The notes under the pieces are model-generated. The model had not been told where the DNA came from and did no database searches. It was given only the letters and a program-made list of their open reading frames with translations. Below, in pieces: positions 38,095 through 47,288 of a stretch of 64,000 nucleotides of DNA. Position 1 is the stretch's first letter; the number at the start of each line of letters is the position of its first letter. The position numbers and the translations under genes were made by a program. Where the stretch lies: the IMG/VR virus record IMGVR_UViG_3300017771_000002; one strand, 5' to 3'. The DNA comes from an uncultured virus (IMG/VR IMGVR_UViG_3300017771_000002) (taxonomy: Duplodnaviria; Heunggongvirae; Uroviricota; Caudoviricetes).

Positions 38095-39041
38095 AATTGT
38101 TCAATATAGATTGTCATATATCGGTAATATCTGACATAAAAAATATATTTGAATCTCTGGGTCATCAAGTAGATCATTGGTCTTTATCTGGTCATCGTTG
38201 GGTTTTTGATTTTGATAAATGTAAATCCCCAATTATCAATGAAGCGAATTGGACCAACTTAAATCAAGAAATGGTTGATCAATTTTATGACCATCATAAA
38301 GAAGATTTAGACAATTATGACGCTTTTATATGCGCTTACCCACCGTGTTTTTTAAAGCTGTTTGAAAAATTCAACAAACCCATAATAGTAATAGCGGCGA
38401 CGAGGTACGATCACCCATTCACTAATGATCAAACAAGGCTTGACTGGCTGGAGGACTCTTTAAAGAACAATAAAAATTTAATACTGACGGCAAATAATCA
38501 GTTTGATCAAAAATATTGTGAACATTTTTTAGGAAACAAGTGGGAGTGGATACCCAGCCTGTGCGACTATACAGAATCCAAGTATAATCCAAAAAAACAA
38601 CAATCAATATTATTTAGCAAATTCAATGCTGACTTAGGATCGAATGTGTTACACCAGTCAAGCTTAGGGAATTATTCTTGGAAAGATTTATATTCCTACA
38701 AGAGCATTATCCATATGCCCTACAATATCTCAACTATGTCTATATTTGAGCAATATCAGGCTGGGGTTCCGTTAAATATTCCTAGTCTAAACTTTTTATT
38801 AGAACTCATAGATCAGGGTTATCCAGTGTTGACAGAGATAACATTCCCCACGAATGACCCAAAAAGAAATCGGAAAAAGTTCCTAAAAAAAGAATGGTTA
38901 CAATATTCGGACTTTTATAATGGGACGGTGAAATGCAATTACCTTGACAAAAATTTTAAATTGAAATATAATGTAGCCAACACATCTAATAAAGATTCCA
39001 TTTTTTCTAAATGGGAAAAAATCCTAGAGAAAATAAAATGA
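38091..39041 (+). CDS. Putative glycosyltransferase-like protein
   Basis: Cluster context and IHMPYNISTMSIFEQYQAGVP, a GT-B C-terminal-like motif. Confidence 0.5.
   Translation: MKLFNIDCHISVISDIKNIFESLGHQVDHWSLSGHRWVFDFDKCKSPIINEANWTNLNQEMVDQFYDHHKEDLDNYDAFICAYPPCFLKLFEKFNKPIIVIAATRYDHPFTNDQTRLDWLEDSLKNNKNLILTANNQFDQKYCEHFLGNKWEWIPSLCDYTESKYNPKKQQSILFSKFNADLGSNVLHQSSLGNYSWKDLYSYKSIIHMPYNISTMSIFEQYQAGVPLNIPSLNFLLELIDQGYPVLTEITFPTNDPKRNRKKFLKKEWLQYSDFYNGTVKCNYLDKNFKLKYNVANTSNKDSIFSKWEKILEKIK
38944..38972 (+). promoter_or_regulatory. Consensus sigma70 promoter internal to the glycan cluster
   Basis: TTGACA-N17-TATAAT. Confidence 0.6.
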
Positions 39042-39619
39042 GTGGACAGATAAATAGAGGTAGTCAGTTAGGAGAATTAATTTTTAATTTTGTCAAAAAC
39101 AAAGATTACAAAAAGTTTCTAGAAATAGGAACTTGGAACGGTCAAGGAAGCACAAAATGTTTTATAGACGCTTTATTGGAAAGAGACGATGATTACTCAT
39201 TCACTTCTATCGAAGCAGATATTGGATTTTATGATCAAGCAGTAAATTTCCATAAAAATAATTTGTCGTCTAAAATTAAAATTATACACGGCACTATAAT
39301 CAATGATTCAGATCTAATTGAGCCAAACTCTAATGAGGAAAAGAAATGGTTGCATAATGATTTAAAAAATTATAAAAATTGCCAAAATATATGGGAAGAT
39401 ATACAAACGCAATTTGATGTCGTCCTTTTAGATGGGGGAGAATTTTCCACATATCAAGAATTTTTAAAATTAAAAGACTCAACAAAAGTTTTCATATTAG
39501 ACGATACAAAAATGACCAAGACTCGTAAAGTATCAAAGCATTTAAATGATGACCCTAGCTGGGCTTTAAATTGCTCTTCAAAAGATAGGAATGGTTTTGC
39601 GATCTTTACTAAAAAATGA
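39038..39619 (+). CDS. Class I SAM-dependent methyltransferase-like protein
   Basis: FLEIGTWNGQGST, SIE and VVLLDGG. Confidence 0.7.
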   Translation: MSGQINRGSQLGELIFNFVKNKDYKKFLEIGTWNGQGSTKCFIDALLERDDDYSFTSIEADIGFYDQAVNFHKNNLSSKIKIIHGTIINDSDLIEPNSNEEKKWLHNDLKNYKNCQNIWEDIQTQFDVVLLDGGEFSTYQEFLKLKDSTKVFILDDTKMTKTRKVSKHLNDDPSWALNCSSKDRNGFAIFTKK

Positions 39620-40413
39620 ATACGTTACAGATAAATAAAATCTCCAAACTGCATAACGGTAAGGATATTTTTTTCTGTAAAACCGATTTTATAGAGAAAG
39701 CTTTCGCTCAAATAAGGATCATTAAAAATGAGGTGATATTAATTTCTGGTAATAGTGACTACTGCATAGATGATTCTTTAGTTAAAAAAGCTCCACAAAA
39801 TATAAAAAAATGGTTTTGCCAAAACAGGCTTTCTGATGATGATTTATTGGAATCAATCCCGCTAGGAATTGAAAATACAGTTCCATGTTCGATTGATGGT
39901 CATGGTTACGTTTGGCCTCACGCAATAGAAAAACCATCTATAATTACTCGTCAAAAACAAAAAGATAAACGAAGCTACGTTAATTTGATTTATTCTAATT
40001 TTAACGTAAACACCAACCCACCCCACAGAAACGAAGTAAAAGATCATATATCCAAATTAGAACACATAACTAAGGACGAGTGCAATCTAAATTACGAGGA
40101 TTTCGTAGAGCGTATACTATCTCACAAAGCCGTTTTATGTCCTCAAGGCAATGGAGAAGGGGACAACCATAGAATATATGAAACGCTCCACTTAGGAAAA
40201 GTGCCAATAACTTTTAATAGTAAACAATTCAAATATTTACATCATAAATTTCCAGTTGTATTGATTAAAGACCTCAAAGAGTTAAGCGATAAAAATTTTA
40301 TTGAAAATAAGATACACGAAGCTCAAAGTAAATTCAATAATAAATATTTAGATGTTAATTATTGGATTGACAAAATAAAAGATGAAGCGCAAAAATGTAA
40401 TACTACTAGGTAA
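39616..40413 (+). CDS. Exostosin/GT47-like protein
   Basis: IPLGIEN..VLCPQGNG..DNHRIYETLHLGKVPI. Confidence 0.65.
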   Translation: MNTLQINKISKLHNGKDIFFCKTDFIEKAFAQIRIIKNEVILISGNSDYCIDDSLVKKAPQNIKKWFCQNRLSDDDLLESIPLGIENTVPCSIDGHGYVWPHAIEKPSIITRQKQKDKRSYVNLIYSNFNVNTNPPHRNEVKDHISKLEHITKDECNLNYEDFVERILSHKAVLCPQGNGEGDNHRIYETLHLGKVPITFNSKQFKYLHHKFPVVLIKDLKELSDKNFIENKIHEAQSKFNNKYLDVNYWIDKIKDEAQKCNTTR

Positions 40414-41008
40414 AGGCTCTTTGGCTATAAAAATAGCAGAATGGTTCAAAAACAATCACAACTTAGTCGCTGTGATTCCAGATATGCCAGAGCCTGATTG
40501 GTCAGACTCTCTTGTAAATTGGTGTAAGAATAATAACGTTAAGTTTATAGAATCTGGAAATCATGAAGATTTAGATGCAGATATTACTATTGATTTGGCA
40601 ATGTCTGTTTTCTATGGTAAAATTATAAAAAAATCTTTCATTTCTAAGTGTGGCTCGATTATAAATCTTCATAATGCTCCACTCCCTAAATACAGAGGTG
40701 TTCGCCCAATAAACTGGGCGCTTAAAAATAAGGAAAGAGAGCATGGCGTAACTATACATAAAATTCACGAAGGTATTGATGATGGAGATATATTAGGATT
40801 AGTTAAATACCCTATTTATCCTGAGATTGAAGAAGTGGGCGATGTGTACAAAAAAGCTTTAGATTATGGATGGCTACTTTTCAAAGATGTAGCAACAAAG
40901 CTTGATTATTGCCTCTCGACTGCATCTCCACAATCTGAAGAATTTACCTACTATTCTAACAAGCAAAATCACCTGCTAGGTGATAGATCTAACTTCACAA
41001 GACAATGA
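40382..41008 (+). CDS. Formyltransferase (N10-formyl-THF dependent, sugar N-formyltransferase-like)
   Basis: INLHNAPLPKYRG, GVTIH and GIDDG. Lacks the C-terminal domain of Fmt. Confidence 0.85.
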   Translation: MKRKNVILLGKGSLAIKIAEWFKNNHNLVAVIPDMPEPDWSDSLVNWCKNNNVKFIESGNHEDLDADITIDLAMSVFYGKIIKKSFISKCGSIINLHNAPLPKYRGVRPINWALKNKEREHGVTIHKIHEGIDDGDILGLVKYPIYPEIEEVGDVYKKALDYGWLLFKDVATKLDYCLSTASPQSEEFTYYSNKQNHLLGDRSNFTRQ

Positions 41009-41955
41009 TAAGTGTAGATGTAGTTTGCTGGGATTCTAATCTGTATGTTCCACCGATATGGAATGACATACAAGCGCAGTCCTTAAACAATCATCCTGAA
41101 TTTAGAATAAATAACATATTCACTACCGCACCTAGTCACAAACTAAATCAAACGCTTTTCAGAGAATCTCAGGCAGACATTCTTATTTCCATATGCCCAG
41201 ATCAACACCCTTTCGGTTTTTCTGTTCAAGATATTCAAAGATATAAAAAGATAGTATTTATTGAAATTGAACCTATTTATAATACAAATGCTATGGGCTT
41301 AGCTGCTCATAATAGATTTATATCTGAATGCAAAGGCGTTATTAGAGAGGACGATGTGATTTACTATTGCTCCAACCTAGACAGGGATCTTAGTCAAATG
41401 CCTTGCGTGAAAAAATCTTGGCATTCAGGTTTAAACTTATTTTTTCCTGAAAAACCCGCAAGAGAAAATAAAAAAATGCAGATAATCACCGATGCATCAG
41501 TAATTAACGCATGGAATGGTAGAAAATGTTTTTTTGATAAATTCAACTCAATAGAAAATTTAACTAAAATAATGCATGTGGGATCACCAGATTGGGGATC
41601 TACAAGTCAATTAATATCAGAATCTAAAATATATCTAATCCCCCCACACCCATTAATTATCCACTGGCTTAGGTTTTCTAGAGCTTTACATTTAGGAGCT
41701 TTACCAGTTGTTGTTAACTATGATGGATGGCTTGAGGATAAAAATATCCAAAACGCTTATGAAGATATAATTAATGAAAACGGCAAAACTTGTTTATTAA
41801 CTAATTTGGGCGAATTTGACAAAACTATCGAACTACTAAGAGATGAAGACTATGTGGATTCTTTATTAGACAATATTTATAATAAAGATTTATACGAATA
41901 TAGTATCGAAAGTGTGTGGAATAATTTGTATAAACATTTAAAATCTTGTATATGA
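41005..41955 (+). CDS. Hypothetical protein, weakly glycosyltransferase-like
   Basis: Cluster context and RFSRALHLGALPVV, similar to GT-B C-terminal motifs. Confidence 0.45.
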   Translation: MISVDVVCWDSNLYVPPIWNDIQAQSLNNHPEFRINNIFTTAPSHKLNQTLFRESQADILISICPDQHPFGFSVQDIQRYKKIVFIEIEPIYNTNAMGLAAHNRFISECKGVIREDDVIYYCSNLDRDLSQMPCVKKSWHSGLNLFFPEKPARENKKMQIITDASVINAWNGRKCFFDKFNSIENLTKIMHVGSPDWGSTSQLISESKIYLIPPHPLIIHWLRFSRALHLGALPVVVNYDGWLEDKNIQNAYEDIINENGKTCLLTNLGEFDKTIELLRDEDYVDSLLDNIYNKDLYEYSIESVWNNLYKHLKSCI

Positions 41956-42785
41956 AAATAGGGATTATAGGAATGGGTTACTGGGGGAAGATCATCCTTA
42001 GAAATTTAATCGAACTGGGTTACTCAGATATAATCGTCTGTGAACAAAGAGAGATAGATTGGTCATCCATAGGTTCTAAATTCCATGTTGAAAAAGATTA
42101 CAAAAAATTAGAGTGTGATAAGGTCTTTGTTCTCACTCCAGCAACAACTCACTACGAGATTTGCAATCACTTCTTATCTAAGGGTGTTGATGTTTTTTGC
42201 GAAAAACCTTTAGACCAGAATATCGATAGGTGTAAAAAACTTTTTGAGCTAGCTCGTAAGAAAAATGCGGTTTTGTTTGTGGACTGGTTATTCTCTTTCA
42301 ATCCTGCTGTGCATCAAATCAAGTCCCTAATAAAACAGCTTGGAAAACCAACCAATATTATAGCGAACCGAATGAACTTTGGTCCAGAAAGATTTGATGT
42401 AAATGCTAGGTGGGATTTGGCATCTCACGATGTCTCAATCGCTTGTTTTCTTCTAGATGAAAATCCTGAAAGCGTAAAGTGGTTGGATTTTAAAAGAAAC
42501 GCAAAATCCAAACAAGATGACAGTGTTGTAGGGATTTTATCTTTTGAGCAAACATGTGTTCAAATTAATGCAAGCTGGTCTTACAACATAAAAAATAGAC
42601 TATATACGATTGAATTTGATGAAGGGTTTTTATATTGGGATGATTCTAACCAGTCTATCTTATTCAACTCTGAACAGATTAATGTTAGTAAGCAGTCTCC
42701 ACTACACAATTCAATAAATGAATTTTTCTCTAGGAAGTCAAATGAAGAACTTACCGAAGTAATCACTAATGTTTTAAATAAATGA
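41952..42785 (+). CDS. Gfo/Idh/MocA family oxidoreductase
   Basis: IGIIGMGYWG, VFCEKP and WDLASHD. Confidence 0.88.
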   Translation: MKIGIIGMGYWGKIILRNLIELGYSDIIVCEQREIDWSSIGSKFHVEKDYKKLECDKVFVLTPATTHYEICNHFLSKGVDVFCEKPLDQNIDRCKKLFELARKKNAVLFVDWLFSFNPAVHQIKSLIKQLGKPTNIIANRMNFGPERFDVNARWDLASHDVSIACFLLDENPESVKWLDFKRNAKSKQDDSVVGILSFEQTCVQINASWSYNIKNRLYTIEFDEGFLYWDDSNQSILFNSEQINVSKQSPLHNSINEFFSRKSNEELTEVITNVLNK

Positions 42786-43885
42786 ACGTACAATTTAATG
42801 ATTTAAAAAGCCAATGGAACTTGATTAAAAATGATTGTTTAAGTGACATAAATTCACTTTTTGAAAACTCAAATTTTATTCTTGGTAAACAGGTTAATGA
42901 GTTCGAAAAAGAATTCGCGCAGTTTATTGGTTGTAAGTATGCTATTGGCGTATCAAATGGAACTGATGCCATCAAATTAGCGGCACAATCCCTAAATTTA
43001 AAAGGTAAAAATTTATTTATAATACCATCAAACACTTTTGTAGCAACCATTTTTGGGGTCGAACAAGCTTATCCAGAGGCGACTTTTGAAATGATTGATT
43101 GTAATGAATACCATCAGTTAGATATGGATTTGCTGGAATCTAGGTTGTCTGCTGTTGGTCATGAATACGATAATGTAGTTGTTGTGCCTGTCCATCTTTA
43201 TGGCTATACTGTTGACATGGATAAGCTGCAATCCATTACAAATAATTACAATTGCCTTGTTTTAGAAGACGCATCTCAATCTCATGGGGCAGAATATAAA
43301 AACCAAAAAACAGGTTCTATTGGAGATGTTTCCGCTTTCTCTTTATACCCGGGTAAAAATTTAGGTGCAGCGGGAGATGCGGGAGTAATAACAACTAACA
43401 ATTCCGACATTTATCATAAATTACTAAAATTGAGAAATCTTGGGTCATCAAAAAAATACATACATACGTTAAAAGGATTTAATAATAGGCTTGATACTAT
43501 ACAAGCGATAATATTAAAACACAAATTAAAATTTTTAGATGAATGGAATCAAGCTAGAAGAGATGTCGTGAAGTTATTTGAATCTAAGATAACTAACTCT
43601 TCGATTGTTAAACCTAAAACGCCAAAAAACTGCCTTCCAGTTCACCATATTTATCCTATTTTAACTGATGATCGACAGGGTTTTATAAACTACTTAAACG
43701 AAAAAGGTATCCAAAGCGGAATCCACTATCCAATTATAATAAACAAAATGGAAATGTATTCAGATAAGTTCAGTTTACATAATAACGCTTATGAGTTTAG
43801 CCAAAAAATGGTTAGTCTGCCAATACATCCATTTTTAAATGATAATCAGGTTGAATATATTTGCGATCAAATAAATAAATATTGA
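42782..43885 (+). CDS. DegT/DnrJ/EryC1/StrS sugar aminotransferase
   Basis: VSNGTDA, PVHLYG, EDASQSHG and SLYPGKNLGAAGDAG (PLP lysine). Confidence 0.93.
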   Translation: MNVQFNDLKSQWNLIKNDCLSDINSLFENSNFILGKQVNEFEKEFAQFIGCKYAIGVSNGTDAIKLAAQSLNLKGKNLFIIPSNTFVATIFGVEQAYPEATFEMIDCNEYHQLDMDLLESRLSAVGHEYDNVVVVPVHLYGYTVDMDKLQSITNNYNCLVLEDASQSHGAEYKNQKTGSIGDVSAFSLYPGKNLGAAGDAGVITTNNSDIYHKLLKLRNLGSSKKYIHTLKGFNNRLDTIQAIILKHKLKFLDEWNQARRDVVKLFESKITNSSIVKPKTPKNCLPVHHIYPILTDDRQGFINYLNEKGIQSGIHYPIIINKMEMYSDKFSLHNNAYEFSQKMVSLPIHPFLNDNQVEYICDQINKY

Positions 43886-43920
43886 TAAACATTTCACATG
43901 AATTATAATACTCAGAAATA

Positions 43921-45036
43921 ATGAACGGTTTTGAGGAGACATACTACGGAAAAAAAATTGATCATATGGACATTCTAAATATTGAAGATGCTAAAAAATG
44001 GCTATCAGGAAGAGAATGCATTGTCGTTACTGGTGTTACTGGTCAGGATGGTAGTCATATGGTAGATTTTCTTCTTAAAAATACCGATTATATTGTTTTT
44101 GGTTGCGTTCGTCGTTTGAGTGTTTACAATCACGATAATATTTCTCACATCAAAAGTGATAGATTTAGGTTGATTAATTTTGATCTTACTGACGCAAACC
44201 TCATCTCCAGAACAGTTGAGTCTTTAAAGCCAAAATATTTTATTAATCTTGCTGCTCAAAGTTTTGTTGGAAGCAGCTGGGATTTTGCTTTACAAACTTG
44301 GGAGACAAACTCTACTTCAGTTTTAAATATACTTGAATCTATTAGAATCCATTGTCCTTCTTGCAGGTTCTATCAAGCTGGCTCCTCAGAAGAGTTTGGA
44401 GACGTTTTGCATTCTCCGCAATCAGAGTGTCATCCTTTACGCCCAAGAAGCCCATATGGAGCTTCTAAAGCCGCTGCGAGGCAATTGATAAAAGTCTGGC
44501 GAGATTCGTATGATTTATATGCTATTCAGGGTTGGTTATTCAATCATGAAGGCACTCGTCGAGGAGAAGAATTTGTCACTCGTAAAATCACAAAGAACGT
44601 AGCTCGTATTCAAAAAGAATACGCTAGCGGAGAGTTCAAACCTCTAGAATTGGGTAACGTAGATGCCATGCGAGACTGGAGTGACGCTGAAGATTTCATT
44701 GAAGGTATTTGGTTGATGCTTAATCAAGAAAAACCCAAAGAATATGTTCTTTCTTCAAATGAGACTCACACTATTCGTGAGTTTGTCGAGGAAGCGTTTA
44801 ATTTTGCTGGCTTTGGCTCTGAGAAGTGTCGTTGGGATGGTCATGGGGTCAATGAGAAATATTACCACGAAGATAAGATTCTAGTGCAGATCAATACAGA
44901 CTTTTATCGCCCCGCTGAAGTTGAGCTTCTTTTAGGGGATTCTGATTTAGCTAGAAAAGAATTAGGTTGGAAGCCAAAAACAGATTTTTTAGGTTTAGTG
45001 AGAAAAATGGTTGCACACGATATTGATCTATGCTAG
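43921..45036 (+). CDS. gmd: GDP-mannose 4,6-dehydratase
   Basis: TGVTGQDG, NLAAQSFV, QAGSSEEFG, PRSPYGASK, FNHE..RRGEEFVTRKI and RPAEV. Confidence 0.95.
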   Translation: MNGFEETYYGKKIDHMDILNIEDAKKWLSGRECIVVTGVTGQDGSHMVDFLLKNTDYIVFGCVRRLSVYNHDNISHIKSDRFRLINFDLTDANLISRTVESLKPKYFINLAAQSFVGSSWDFALQTWETNSTSVLNILESIRIHCPSCRFYQAGSSEEFGDVLHSPQSECHPLRPRSPYGASKAAARQLIKVWRDSYDLYAIQGWLFNHEGTRRGEEFVTRKITKNVARIQKEYASGEFKPLELGNVDAMRDWSDAEDFIEGIWLMLNQEKPKEYVLSSNETHTIREFVEEAFNFAGFGSEKCRWDGHGVNEKYYHEDKILVQINTDFYRPAEVELLLGDSDLARKELGWKPKTDFLGLVRKMVAHDIDLC

Positions 45037-45039
45037 GAT
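45011..45039 (+). promoter_or_regulatory. Sigma70-type promoter, leaderless, heading the replication operon
   Basis: TTGCAC-N17-TAGGAT-N6-ATG(45046), with extended -10 TG. Confidence 0.6.
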
Positions 45040-45045
45040 AACTTT

Positions 45046-45519
45046 ATGCCAAGAGGTAAAAAGCAATGCCCTAGCTGCGAAGATTTTGTCGCAACTAGGG
45101 CTTCTTGTTGTGGCTGTGGTCACATCTTTACAAAAAAGAAAGTTGGCGAATCTAAAAAGGCAAAACCTAAGACTGCCAAACCCAAGATAAGCAAAATAGA
45201 CATCTTAAAAAGGCTAGTTGAAGACCCAAAAAATAATAAAAGATTTTTTTATGCTAGGGAGATGAAGATGCTGAATGATTTAGTGGGTCTCTATTCACTT
45301 GAATTCATGAATGTGGTCAACCTCGGTAGGAGATTCGAATCCTTAGCTTACTTTAAACATTCAAAAGTTAAGGAGAAGCTTGACAGGAGGTTCAGAGAGT
45401 TTAATTATGTGACAGACAAGTCACGATACCCCGAATACAATCTAGGTGAAAAAAGCGGCGAAGATCGATTCGTCAAGAGAAAGAAGAAAACAGTAAAAGA
45501 CTTTTTAGAAGAAGAATAA
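45046..45519 (+). CDS. Hypothetical protein with an N-terminal zinc ribbon
   Basis: KQCPSC......SCCGCGHIF. Confidence 0.65.
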   Translation: MPRGKKQCPSCEDFVATRASCCGCGHIFTKKKVGESKKAKPKTAKPKISKIDILKRLVEDPKNNKRFFYAREMKMLNDLVGLYSLEFMNVVNLGRRFESLAYFKHSKVKEKLDRRFREFNYVTDKSRYPEYNLGEKSGEDRFVKRKKKTVKDFLEEE

Positions 45520-45520
45520 T

Positions 45521-46651
45521 ATGGCTAATAAAAAAACAGTAGGAACACTCGACTCCAAAAATCTAGTTGGTAATTTTTTGAAGAATAATAAAGAAGATCA
45601 CTTCAACTATGAAGAGCAGGTAAACTACAGGGTATCAAGCGGATCTCTGGAGTTCGATCATCATCTTGATGGAGGCTTTGGTCCCGGGTTGCATAGGTTC
45701 GTTGGAATGAATGAAGGCGGGAAGACTTCAGCGTCTTTAGAAGTCATGAAGAACTTCTTAAAAATGCCTAAATCAAAAGCGGTTTACTTCAAAGCGGAAG
45801 GTAGGCTTTCTGACGAAATGATTAAGAGGTGCGGAGTAAAGTTTGTCTCCACTCACGAAGAGTGGGAGGAAGGAACATGCTTTGTATTTGAGTCTAATAT
45901 TTACGAGACTGTAGTAGATTTAATGCGTCAGCTAGTCTCCTCAAATGAAGAGAAAAATAAATATTGCTTTGTACTAGACTCCGTTGATGGCTTAATTAAG
46001 AAAGCTGACAATGCGAAAACATTTGAAGAGTCTGCTCAAGTAGCTGGAGGAGCAAATATTGCTGCCACATTTATGAAGAAAATGTCAATAGCCCTTGGTA
46101 AAAGAGGCCATATGGCAATCTTCGTTTCTCAGGTTAGAGCGGATATTAAGCTAGACCCATACTCAAAAGCCCCTATTCGCCAGACAACTGCGACAGGTGG
46201 TAATGCTCTACTCCACTTCGCAAACTGGATCATTGAGTTTGAGCCTCGTTTCGGTGGAGATCAGATACTACTCAATCCATCTGTAAAAAAGATGGACCCA
46301 AAGACTAATCCAGCTATTGGGCATTACGCTAAAGTCGTTGTAAAAAAATCTCCAAATGAAAAGACTAATACTCGGATATCTTATCCAATCCGTTATGGGA
46401 GAACTGGTGGCAATTCAATCTGGGTGGAGAAAGAGGTTGTCGGAACTCTTGAAGCTTGGGAGTTCATCAAAAAGGCTGGAGCTTGGATTTCAATCACAGA
46501 AGACTTCAGGGAAGTTCTTTCTGAAGGAGGCTTTGAGCTTCCCGAAAAGGTTCAGGGGGAGAATAAGTTATTCTCTTTGATTGAAGATGACTCAGCTCTC
46601 TGCCAATATCTAGTAGCGTACTTTAAGAAAATGTTCAGCGGCCAAGAATGA
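45521..46651 (+). CDS. recA: RecA/UvsX-like recombinase
   Basis: SSGSLEFD..LDGG, Walker A GMNEGGKT, VLDSVDG, SQVR, GGNALLH and KKAGAW. Confidence 0.88.
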   Translation: MANKKTVGTLDSKNLVGNFLKNNKEDHFNYEEQVNYRVSSGSLEFDHHLDGGFGPGLHRFVGMNEGGKTSASLEVMKNFLKMPKSKAVYFKAEGRLSDEMIKRCGVKFVSTHEEWEEGTCFVFESNIYETVVDLMRQLVSSNEEKNKYCFVLDSVDGLIKKADNAKTFEESAQVAGGANIAATFMKKMSIALGKRGHMAIFVSQVRADIKLDPYSKAPIRQTTATGGNALLHFANWIIEFEPRFGGDQILLNPSVKKMDPKTNPAIGHYAKVVVKKSPNEKTNTRISYPIRYGRTGGNSIWVEKEVVGTLEAWEFIKKAGAWISITEDFREVLSEGGFELPEKVQGENKLFSLIEDDSALCQYLVAYFKKMFSGQE

Positions 46652-47055
46652 AATTTTACTCTACAGACGGCAAGTTAAGGAATCTTAAAAACCCCAGAAA
46701 ATACCACATAGATTGGGAAGCTTCTAGCCGAAGCAAGTTCCAGAAAAACGTAAAAGACTTCCTCTACCCATACTGGAGTACTGATGTTGTTTTTGAAGAG
46801 TTTAGAGTAGTTGGTAGCCGATTGTCATTAGACTTTTACAATGCTAATAAAAAAATAGCAATTGAAGTTCAGGGCGCTCAACACACCAAATATGTCAAAC
46901 ATTTTCACAAGAACAGATTTAAGTTTTTAGACCAACTGAAAAGAGATCAAAAAAAGCTCGACTTCTGCGAGATGAACGATATAAAACTGGTAGAGATATA
47001 TCCCAATGACACTGTGGATCAGTTATTTTTTGAAAACCAAGACATTTACTTATGA
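46648..47055 (+). CDS. Vsr/DUF559-like endonuclease
   Basis: EEF......SLDFY.....IAIEVQGAQH...RD..K...C. Confidence 0.75.
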   Translation: MKFYSTDGKLRNLKNPRKYHIDWEASSRSKFQKNVKDFLYPYWSTDVVFEEFRVVGSRLSLDFYNANKKIAIEVQGAQHTKYVKHFHKNRFKFLDQLKRDQKKLDFCEMNDIKLVEIYPNDTVDQLFFENQDIYL

Positions 47056-47288
47056 ACGAAGATAAAGAAGCATTCTCAATCCCAAGCGGGTTTGTGGAGA
47101 AACTATACGAAATCTCTGGAGACTCTGATAAGTATAAAGGTTTAATTATGATCGCAGCTAACGAAGATGGAGATCCAATTATTTATACTAAATTTGATTC
47201 TCTGATAACCGAATTAGGTTTAACTAAAGCTCTCGGTCAGCACCTTGCCAGATTAGAAAAACAAAACGAAGAGCCTAATGATCTATAG
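47052..47288 (+). CDS. Hypothetical protein
   Basis: Translationally coupled ORF within the replication operon. Confidence 0.65.
   Translation: MNEDKEAFSIPSGFVEKLYEISGDSDKYKGLIMIAANEDGDPIIYTKFDSLITELGLTKALGQHLARLEKQNEEPNDL

Noticed and set aside
35898..45036. Interpretation as a bacterial O-antigen or capsule locus (window as host chromosome or prophage flank)
   Set aside because: No wzx/wzy/wzm/wzt or housekeeping genes. The block is embedded between phage RNR and phage replication genes with the same overlap and promoter style.
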